This document shows positions 38,917-46,373 of a stretch of DNA of 64,000 bases, piece by piece. The stretch spans positions 124,001-188,000 of the IMG/VR virus record IMGVR_UViG_3300033141_006329; one strand, written 5' to 3'. How positions within the stretch are numbered: position 1 is the stretch's first letter; each line of letters begins with the position of its first letter. The notes under the pieces were generated by a model. It did no database searches. It was not told the DNA's origin and saw only the letters and a program-made list of their open reading frames with translations. The position numbers were made by a program, and so were the translations under genes.

Positions 38917-40164
38917 ATGGGGTTTTGTCCTTTTTTATCATTGAGAAAAATAATACAAGTGAATGTTGCACCAAGGACAATTGGTGGTAGCATCACAAGA
39001 GATAATGGGAGTACGGTAACGTCGTGGATTCCAGGAACAGAAGAAGCTGTTTATAAACCCACATCTATTTCTGCTGCTATAGACACAGTAGATTACAATT
39101 CGGCTATAACATATGAACCTTGTCAAACTACAGCATGTCAATTATGGGATGATAAAAATAGTAGATGTGGCGCAAGAAGTTCAGATTTTATATACAATGG
39201 CAACACAGTTGAATCTGATGCAATAGTTAATATTATAAAAGCTGTAGTAGGTTCATACAGTCAAATAACTTCAGGTAATACATTGGTCCAAGAATTTCAA
39301 GATGTTGTAGGAAAAAGCACAGAGCAAGATAATTCAAGTAGTTTATATAAATATCTTCAGGATGTTATAGGAACACATGCTGAGAAAGATGGTATTAATA
39401 ATTCAACTAGTCTAATAAACTATCTACAGGATGTTGTAGGAAAAAATGCAGATAAGGATAATGATAAAAGTCTGTTATCATTCCTATCATCAATATTAGG
39501 GGCAAATACAGATAAGGATTCTGGTAATTCTTTTCTTAAACAGTTTACAGAAATAGTAGGATCAATAACAGACAAAGATGTAGCATCAGCTGATTGGGGA
39601 ATTTTAACCAGTCTCCTGAGTACATTCAGATTAACACATGTACCATCTGGAGAAGCACCCGCACCCTCAACACTGATAATGGAATTTTTAAATAAAACAG
39701 ATGCAGATAAGGTGGATTTTAGTTCATTGGGAGTTTCGGGTAGTATATATGGTCACGAGTTTATGATATATGAATCAAACCCGGATGATTTACCACCCAT
39801 ACTTAAAACGATACAGGAACATCCAGATTTTAAAACAGATGATATAGTAGATTTAGCAAATAGTAATTGTTCAGTGACTAATACTGTACCAGGGCATGAT
39901 AGTACTGATGAATGGGAATATACAATAGAAGCGACTGATGGTACAACAGATTTTGTAGTTGATGGTATAACTACGGATATGTATGTATTCGTTGAAAGCA
40001 TAAATAAAGTGGGAACCATAACTGAAGTTGCTCCGGATAGTGTTGCTACAAAATTAAAAATAAATATGGGCGTATATGATATTGATCCTTTACCAAACCT
40101 GTCATATTTCTTTATAGCAGGTAGGAAAAGAATATCATTTGCAGAATATGAATCCATGTTTTGA
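38917..40164 (+). CDS. Putative virion (baseplate/spike-associated) protein with internal repeats
   Basis: FCPF...C....CQLW motif; QDVVG...D...SL repeats; next to PAAR-like gene. Confidence 0.45.
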   Translation: MGFCPFLSLRKIIQVNVAPRTIGGSITRDNGSTVTSWIPGTEEAVYKPTSISAAIDTVDYNSAITYEPCQTTACQLWDDKNSRCGARSSDFIYNGNTVESDAIVNIIKAVVGSYSQITSGNTLVQEFQDVVGKSTEQDNSSSLYKYLQDVIGTHAEKDGINNSTSLINYLQDVVGKNADKDNDKSLLSFLSSILGANTDKDSGNSFLKQFTEIVGSITDKDVASADWGILTSLLSTFRLTHVPSGEAPAPSTLIMEFLNKTDADKVDFSSLGVSGSIYGHEFMIYESNPDDLPPILKTIQEHPDFKTDDIVDLANSNCSVTNTVPGHDSTDEWEYTIEATDGTTDFVVDGITTDMYVFVESINKVGTITEVAPDSVATKLKINMGVYDIDPLPNLSYFFIAGRKRISFAEYESMF

Positions 40165-40179
40165 TAAGGATAATATAAT

Positions 40180-40494
40180 ATGCCAGCAAATAGTAGATTG
40201 TTCGATCTATATGCAGGGGTAACACCATTACCTCCCCATCCACCAATCCCGCCTCCACCAATGGTCGGAGCAATAATAGCATTATGTTCAGGCGATCATA
40301 CAGTAGAATCTTTTAGTCAAGCCACTATCGGAAGTATGGGGTTGGACAACTGTATGATTCATGTGACATTCATAGTAGCAGGAAGCGGGACATCTAAAAC
40401 AAACGGGAAAGCAAAAGCTCGTGTTGGAGATCCTGTTGTCGGTGGTACTATAGGGGTAATGGTAACAGGCGCAGGGACAGAACAGACAGGATGA
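40180..40494 (+). CDS. PAAR-like spike tip protein
   Basis: MPANSRLFD...H; GS....NG...ARVGD.V. Confidence 0.7.
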   Translation: MPANSRLFDLYAGVTPLPPHPPIPPPPMVGAIIALCSGDHTVESFSQATIGSMGLDNCMIHVTFIVAGSGTSKTNGKAKARVGDPVVGGTIGVMVTGAGTEQTG

Positions 40495-40514
40495 TGATAA
40501 TCATCTCAGCCACA
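40494..40514. repeat. Left arm of long-range inverted repeat (partner 41392-41411)
   Basis: ATGATAATCATCTCAGCCACA pairs with TGTGGCTGAGGTATTATTAT. Confidence 0.6.
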
Positions 40515-40531
40515 CATATTAACAAACCAAT

Positions 40532-40569
40532 CTATCTTTAAAAATAATAAGCGTTTAGATAGTGCGCTT
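40532..40569. promoter_or_regulatory. Pseudoknot-like element upstream of RBS
   Basis: Interlocked pairings CTATCT/AGATAG and AAGCG(T)/(G)CGCTT. Confidence 0.45.
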
Positions 40570-40582
40570 TGAGAGGAAAGTT

Positions 40583-41383
40583 ATGAACATGTATCAAGAA
40601 AAATTTGTAGCAGTGGTTAAATGTAATGGAAAAATTATGAGAGAAAGGGATGGAGTTATATCCTTACCATTTGGATCAGAATATTCTATATTATTAAAAA
40701 ATCTTAATACAGTAAAAGCATCTGTAGATATATCTGTAGATAGTATGGATGTGGTTGATGGTCATTCTATTTTAATAGAACCTGAAAAATCTGTAGAGTT
40801 AGAAGGATTTATGAGAGGATCTGTTGCGAGGAATAGATTCAAATTTATAAATAAAACTAAGGAAATATCTGAATATAGGGGTGATAGAATAGATGATGGG
40901 TTAATACGAGTAGAGGTTACATTTGAGAAGAAAATAGAAAAAACAATTACAATATCAGATGGTACTTATTATACTTATTATCCTCCAGTTTATAATCATT
41001 TTACATGGACAGATGGTGGAAGTGGCAGTACTGGTGGTTTATTATCAGAAATGGATTTTTCGATCTCTAATACATGTAGTACCAAATTGGGATCAGGTCA
41101 TGTATCATGTAGTGCCGCCCAGAGTGACATGAGCGAGCCATTATCAGATGAGGGTATAACAGTTAAAGGATCTTCTTGTAATCAAGCATTCGCCCCGGCA
41201 TCAATAGGAATGTTGGAAGATAATTCCTCAGTTATAATATTACAGTTGAGTGGTTATAATGCTGAGGGTATTAAAGTAAAAAGTCCTATAACAGTTAACA
41301 CCAAGATAACATGTGAAACCTGCGGTAAGGGTTCCAAATCTAATTTAAAATTTTGTGGGAATTGTGGAACCTCACTAATATAG
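40583..41383 (+). CDS. Hypothetical protein, beta-rich N-domain and C-terminal zinc ribbon
   Basis: LPFGSEYSILLKN...DGLIRVE...EGITVKGS...C.TCG......FC.NCG; start from GAGAGG RBS. Confidence 0.75.
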   Translation: MNMYQEKFVAVVKCNGKIMRERDGVISLPFGSEYSILLKNLNTVKASVDISVDSMDVVDGHSILIEPEKSVELEGFMRGSVARNRFKFINKTKEISEYRGDRIDDGLIRVEVTFEKKIEKTITISDGTYYTYYPPVYNHFTWTDGGSGSTGGLLSEMDFSISNTCSTKLGSGHVSCSAAQSDMSEPLSDEGITVKGSSCNQAFAPASIGMLEDNSSVIILQLSGYNAEGIKVKSPITVNTKITCETCGKGSKSNLKFCGNCGTSLI

Positions 41384-41459
41384 TACAATCTTGTGGCTGA
41401 GGTATTATTATATTTTTTGAGGATATTATTTTTTATAGTTAATTATCGGAGGATTAAAA

Positions 41460-41738
41460 ATGAAAGAACAAACCGTTAAACAATCTGAGGAATTAAAACA
41501 AGCAATAGAATCAAGGGATAAATTTTTACAAAGACATCCTAACCTAAAAATATTTCAAATGGAAATCGACAATGCTTTAGATAGGGTAAAGGACCCCTTA
41601 GAGAGATTGAGAATTCTATTCAAGTTAATAACTAAAAGAAATAATGAGCTACAGGAGGCAATAAACGAATACAAAATTGAATATACTTCATTACCTGAGG
41701 ATGTCAAGAAAGAAGTAGAACCTGTAACAATGTTGTGA
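41460..41738 (+). CDS. Hypothetical helical protein; stop codon supplied by IS end
   Basis: GGAGG RBS; TGA lies inside the IS right end. Confidence 0.6.
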   Translation: MKEQTVKQSEELKQAIESRDKFLQRHPNLKIFQMEIDNALDRVKDPLERLRILFKLITKRNNELQEAINEYKIEYTSLPEDVKKEVEPVTML

Positions 41739-41880
41739 ACTACCACAACTTCAAGTTGCAGCTTCCTGCTTCGCTGAAATCCACTTGACAAGGTTCTATA
41801 CAAGCAACCAAGTTAGAGGTTGATCTCTCAGCAGGCGTTGAACTGATGCGTCCCGCACCAGTTTGATTTAACCCTTTATA
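41735..41880 (-). ncRNA. Predicted omegaRNA/reRNA scaffold overlapping tnpB 3' end
   Basis: Position at right end as known for TnpB; 5' boundary approximate; guide would start at 41734 (AACAUUGUUACAGGUUCUAC). Confidence 0.55.
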
Positions 41881-42990
41881 GAGGATGTTCTTTGCAGCAT
41901 GAATGTCACGATCTTTTCTATAACCACAGTCGCAGACGAACATCCTATCTTTTAAGGTTAGTGATTTGTTAATTGCGTTACACGCAGGACATAATTTAGT
42001 GGAGGGATAGTATCTATCTACGAGCCTTAGAGTATGTGACTTTTTCTTTAAGTCACTCATTATTCCTCCAAGGATTGAATGTTGAACTGATTTTCCAAAC
42101 CACTTCTCGCTCCACCCTTTAATATTCTCGTCTTGCACACAGACAATTTTATACTTCTTTGTGATATGCGAAACAATTTTGTTTTTCGCATCTTTCTTCT
42201 GATTAGTTAACTTGTTGTATTTCTTAGCTATCTTCGAATTGAGTTTCCTATTATTCTTAGAGCCTTTCTTCTTGTGTTTCTTCTTTCGTTGAAGACGTTT
42301 TAGACTTTCTGGTATTGGGAATGAGAAGCTATGCTTCTCACCATTATCAAAAGTAAGAGAAGTCTTGATGCCGAAGTCAATGCCTATAGCTTCCTGTTCA
42401 AACACTTTCTCTTCCTTCGGTAAATAGCAAGTGACATGTAAGAAATAATCTTCGCATTTTCGTACGAGGTTCGCTGTTGCAATCTCTGCATTTGAAGGGA
42501 TTTGTTTCAAACCTATCAGTTTGAAACTACCCTTAAATCCTTGCAGCTTGAGATACTTGCCTCGCAGCTTATGCGTACTATTGAATTGCTTCAGATAAAT
42601 GCTATTCGATCTACTCTTGAACTTCAATCTACCTACTTTCTTACCTTTCTTCTTCTTAGCAGATAGTCCACAAATGTTGTGAAACAACCTCTCTCGAACG
42701 CCCTGCTTCATCTGAGAAGAAATCGCTTCAAGCGAACGAGTTTCGGCGATTTTATCTTTTCCGCAAATTGAGATCTCGTTCACTTTAGTATTAAAATTTA
42801 CCGGGTTATCTGTACCTAACATACAATTATACAACCACTTAGCTTCTAAGAATAAACGATCCAGGTACTCTCGTTTTTTCTTGGAGAGATGTGATTTATC
42901 AAACTTCAGCTCGTAAACTTTACAAATCAAAGACTTACGTCTTTCTCTTGTAGCCTTACCAGCCAGTTTGATTCTTTCGTTTTTTGTCAT
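41740..42990 (-). CDS. tnpB: TnpB RNA-guided endonuclease
   Basis: AIGIDFGIK (RuvC-I), YYPSTKLC.AC, C.CG...DRDIHAAKNI (RuvC-III). Confidence 0.93.
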   Translation of the reverse strand: MTKNERIKLAGKATRERRKSLICKVYELKFDKSHLSKKKREYLDRLFLEAKWLYNCMLGTDNPVNFNTKVNEISICGKDKIAETRSLEAISSQMKQGVRERLFHNICGLSAKKKKGKKVGRLKFKSRSNSIYLKQFNSTHKLRGKYLKLQGFKGSFKLIGLKQIPSNAEIATANLVRKCEDYFLHVTCYLPKEEKVFEQEAIGIDFGIKTSLTFDNGEKHSFSFPIPESLKRLQRKKKHKKKGSKNNRKLNSKIAKKYNKLTNQKKDAKNKIVSHITKKYKIVCVQDENIKGWSEKWFGKSVQHSILGGIMSDLKKKSHTLRLVDRYYPSTKLCPACNAINKSLTLKDRMFVCDCGYRKDRDIHAAKNILYKGLNQTGAGRISSTPAERSTSNLVACIEPCQVDFSEAGSCNLKLW

Positions 42991-43008
42991 TTACAGATTT
43001 CCTCTTTA

Positions 43009-43023
43009 TTTGTAGTTTGTCCT
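43009..43023 (-). promoter_or_regulatory. Late promoter motif AGGACAAACTACAAA inside the IS, upstream of tnpB
   Basis: Reverse complement of TTTGTAGTTTGTCCT, followed by GAGG RBS and ATG. Confidence 0.65.
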
Positions 43024-43133
43024 CTGAGAAGGCTGGGAAAAAACAACAGAATTCATCCACAGCTTCAGGTTGTGGTATTCTTCTTGGATGGGAGGAATAA
43101 TATCCTTAGATAAAAATGTGTCTGATTTTATAA

Positions 43134-43148
43134 AGGACAAACTGTAAA
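43134..43148 (+). promoter_or_regulatory. Putative late promoter motif AGGACAAACTGTAAA
   Basis: Motif copy. Confidence 0.65.
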
Positions 43149-43235
43149 GAAGAATTTAAATTTTATTTCTTGTGAGGAAATAGAAATTAAGAGTTAGTTT
43201 TATAAGGAACTCAAAAAATTGAAAGGAGAATTAAA

Positions 43236-44273
43236 ATGAGTTTTGAATTATTAGATGATGTTTTGTTAGAGTCTGGGTATAAAACTCCAGATGAAGAGAA
43301 AAAAGAAGAGGAAGTTGTCAATACTGAAGATAATGATATATTCGAGGAATTAGATGGAATGATCGAAGGGGCTATGAGAGAATCCCTGAGAAATACTGTT
43401 TTTTGTAGTGAAAATGATAGTGATGTTAAATTAGAGCATCTCGAAGTAGTTGAGAGTGCTGAATTTACCGAAGAGCAAATGACTAAGTTTATGGATACTA
43501 CGATATATCCTATATTGGAGATGTCTGGTTCATTAGAAGATAATGATAATGAAACTGTATCGTTGCCAATATTTGAAATAGTTGGTCTCTTAGAGGATTT
43601 AGGTTCAGATGAAATAACTGAGGAAAATGCTGATATAGAATTAGAAGCAATATGCGAATTCTATGGTATAAATGATGAAGATAGGGAAACTATCATTGCA
43701 GAGGCTACAGAATTGTTAGAATCACATGGTATAGATAAGCTTGATCCTTCAATGCAGGATGTTAGTCTTTTAGTATGTGAGACTATAGTTATTTTAGGCG
43801 AAGTTGATACGAGTGAAAATTTGGAAGAAGCAAAGAAGAAGGGTGGACGACCTACAAAGAAACAGGTTCAAATGAGAATACTCAGAGGACGCATAAAAGA
43901 TGCACCTGGAAAGGCTTTGGCTTATAGTAAAGAAAAAGGAAAAGAAGTTGGAAGTTGGGTTGCTGCTAAAGGTAAGGCAGGTTTGGCTAAAGGAAAAGAA
44001 GCTTTGGGTACGAAAAAAGGTAAGATTATAGCTGGTGCTATTACAATGGCTGCTGTAGCTGCTGCTGCTGCTCTTGCATATAGACGTAAGGGAGATAAAT
44101 GTAAAGGTCTTGATGGCGATGCGAAATCTAAATGTAAAGCCGCCGCTGTTAATGATGCAATCAAAGCATTGAACCAACAGAAATCACAATGTAAAAAAGC
44201 AAAAAATCCCGCCAAGTGTGCTGCTGGTGTTGATAAACAAATAGCAAAATGGAAAGGCCGCATGGCTGCATAA
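43236..44273 (+). CDS. Putative internal head protein: acidic N-half, basic C-half with hydrophobic helix
   Basis: Charge switch at LEEAKKK; many L-x-E sites; late motif upstream and terminator downstream. Confidence 0.55.
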   Translation: MSFELLDDVLLESGYKTPDEEKKEEEVVNTEDNDIFEELDGMIEGAMRESLRNTVFCSENDSDVKLEHLEVVESAEFTEEQMTKFMDTTIYPILEMSGSLEDNDNETVSLPIFEIVGLLEDLGSDEITEENADIELEAICEFYGINDEDRETIIAEATELLESHGIDKLDPSMQDVSLLVCETIVILGEVDTSENLEEAKKKGGRPTKKQVQMRILRGRIKDAPGKALAYSKEKGKEVGSWVAAKGKAGLAKGKEALGTKKGKIIAGAITMAAVAAAAALAYRRKGDKCKGLDGDAKSKCKAAAVNDAIKALNQQKSQCKKAKNPAKCAAGVDKQIAKWKGRMAA

Positions 44274-44303
44274 GTAAGGATAAATATATTTTATAGGATA
44301 GAA

Positions 44304-44336
44304 GGGGTCGGGTTTTAAATCCTGACCCCGCTTTTT
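44304..44336 (+). terminator. Intrinsic terminator
   Basis: GGGGTCGGG/CCTGACCCC stem followed by T5. Confidence 0.7.
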
Positions 44337-44356
44337 CTTAAGAGGAGTTTTGAAAG

Positions 44357-44746
44357 ATGCATTATTTAAAAAGATGGTTCGAGGAGTTAGGTAGTGGTAA
44401 TTGCTCACAATCCGTATCCACATATGAGACTCCTGCCAAACCCATTTTGAGACCCGAAACTGAAGATGAAATTACAACCGAAGAAGATGATGAACAAGAA
44501 GATATAAATGAAGGCACCACAGATAGGATAGATAAAAAAATACATGGGAGAAAAGATTATTGGGACCGACGAATAGAATATATTAGCAAGTTAATGGATG
44601 ATATAAAGACAGAGAGTAGGAAATGCAGAGATATGGGAGACCCCAAGAAATCTAGAGATTGTGTAGAGAAATGGAGAAAGGAAATGATTAGGGCTAGAGA
44701 GAGTATGGATAAAGCACAGACTGCATTGAGAAAGACAGAAGACTAG
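44357..44746 (+). CDS. Hypothetical protein (acidic then basic)
   Basis: GAGGAG RBS; charge switch at DINEG. Confidence 0.55.
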   Translation: MHYLKRWFEELGSGNCSQSVSTYETPAKPILRPETEDEITTEEDDEQEDINEGTTDRIDKKIHGRKDYWDRRIEYISKLMDDIKTESRKCRDMGDPKKSRDCVEKWRKEMIRARESMDKAQTALRKTED

Positions 44747-45432
44747 TGTCAATACCAAAACATCTCAATACAGTAGTGGTAAAAAATAAATACTACCCTG
44801 GAGGTTTAACCGAAGGTCAAGTTTGGTCACATTATCTAAAAAATAAACCTGAGATATTAAAGGAGATAAATAGAAAACCCGTAACTCTATTTATATTTAC
44901 AGATATAAATGAATGGATCGTCAAAAGAAAATTATTTAATTCTCCGTTCACATTAGATAATAGTAATTTTTCCTCAGTTCTTACGGGTCGCACTGTTTCA
45001 ATATCCGCCGAACAAGGAAAGATGACAGAATTTTGGATAATAGATATAGACCCCGGTCCAAGTGCAAATGAGATGTTGTTGAAGGATTGTATAACAGATT
45101 TAATATCCTCAACTATTTTTAAGATCCCTACAGTAAAGGGTATGAGAATAATTTCTACTTCTAAAGGATATCATTTTTATGTTTTATTAAAAAAGAAAAT
45201 GAATATCGATGTATCTAGAAGGATATTATTTAAAATGCTGACCTCAGAATTCACCGGCAAATATCTAATCAATAAAAAAAGTCCTAAAGGTCCAGAAATT
45301 AATTTGGATTTATCTCCCACTTCTTTTAGAGGATCTCATGTAGTTCCTGGTGCCCTTACAAGAAATGGTTTAGTGGCAGTAGATTGTACAAGAAATTGGG
45401 AATCCTTTACCAGACAAAGGGCGATAATATAA
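44746..45432 (+). CDS. Archaeo-eukaryotic primase domain, LigD polymerase-like
   Basis: YYP.GLT...V..HY, IIDIDPG (DxD), TSKGYHFYV motifs; GTG start. Confidence 0.7.
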   Translation: MSIPKHLNTVVVKNKYYPGGLTEGQVWSHYLKNKPEILKEINRKPVTLFIFTDINEWIVKRKLFNSPFTLDNSNFSSVLTGRTVSISAEQGKMTEFWIIDIDPGPSANEMLLKDCITDLISSTIFKIPTVKGMRIISTSKGYHFYVLLKKKMNIDVSRRILFKMLTSEFTGKYLINKKSPKGPEINLDLSPTSFRGSHVVPGALTRNGLVAVDCTRNWESFTRQRAII

Positions 45433-46373
45433 TGAAACAATATATACCTGAGCTGGATTATCATTTCGATCAATATTGGTCAACCAGAGGTGAGATACGT
45501 ATTAATAATGTGTTTCTTCCCGAAGTCGAAACTGAAGAAAACAATATCCCGACTGGATCATTTATAGAATTATTATTTAGTCAGGCATTTGTATATGATG
45601 ATTACAAGTATCGATTTGAGGAAATTGCATATACTTTATTTACTAAACCCATACGAGAAAGATTACAAAATAGTTCCACCCTGATAAATTGTTATATATC
45701 CACAGACTCGACATCTGAAACTAATTTATTTTCCTTAGAAACAACCGACCTTATTCTATTGGATAAACTTAAGGATTATAGACAAGATGTTGAGGGTTTA
45801 AATTTAGATGATGTAATTTATGATGACCTCACCACAGCATTATCAAAACTAATTTATATATATTTGGATATAATGCTACACAATTCATACGAACGATTTA
45901 ATACAATTGATACCTTAAGTACTGAGGATAATCTATTGTGTAACTTGTTTGAAACATATGTAGTTAACGAAGCATACAAGGCTATGAAAAACTGGTCATT
46001 CTTAATAGATGCTAATTTATTGGAATTAAGATTGGTACATGACGCAGTTGTTTTGAATGAGGAGCAGATAGAAAACGAACAAGCTCCAATGTCAACCTCT
46101 ACATATGATTTGGATATTTGGGTTTGGTGGAATGGTAGAAAATTAACATATGAAGAGGAGTATGATTTGTATAGGATATGGGATGGTCAAGATGGCCGCT
46201 TCTATACGCGAGTTGGTTGGCACGATAAGGGATTGGATATAAAATTAGGACATACTATAACTATGGAATATTATGTTGTTGTTCAACCATTGGATGCAGA
46301 AAAAGATCCTTTTGTTGATGGTGAAGAATATTCAGAAATAATGACCTGGTTACTAGATGGAGGTCTTTTTTAG
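45432..46373 (+). CDS. Putative baseplate/virion protein
   Basis: Acidic; V.WNG.KL....Y domain; terminal DGG; start by TAATG coupling. Confidence 0.45.
   Translation: MKQYIPELDYHFDQYWSTRGEIRINNVFLPEVETEENNIPTGSFIELLFSQAFVYDDYKYRFEEIAYTLFTKPIRERLQNSSTLINCYISTDSTSETNLFSLETTDLILLDKLKDYRQDVEGLNLDDVIYDDLTTALSKLIYIYLDIMLHNSYERFNTIDTLSTEDNLLCNLFETYVVNEAYKAMKNWSFLIDANLLELRLVHDAVVLNEEQIENEQAPMSTSTYDLDIWVWWNGRKLTYEEEYDLYRIWDGQDGRFYTRVGWHDKGLDIKLGHTITMEYYVVVQPLDAEKDPFVDGEEYSEIMTWLLDGGLF

Larger units (their letters stand above)
41735..43087 (-). mobile_element. IS200/IS605-family (IS1341-like, tnpB-only) element
   Basis: Right end TGCAACTTGAAGTTGTGGTAGTTCAC; left end hairpin CCACAACCTGAAGCTGTGG; no tnpA; excision restores the flanking ORF. 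Confidence 0.85.
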
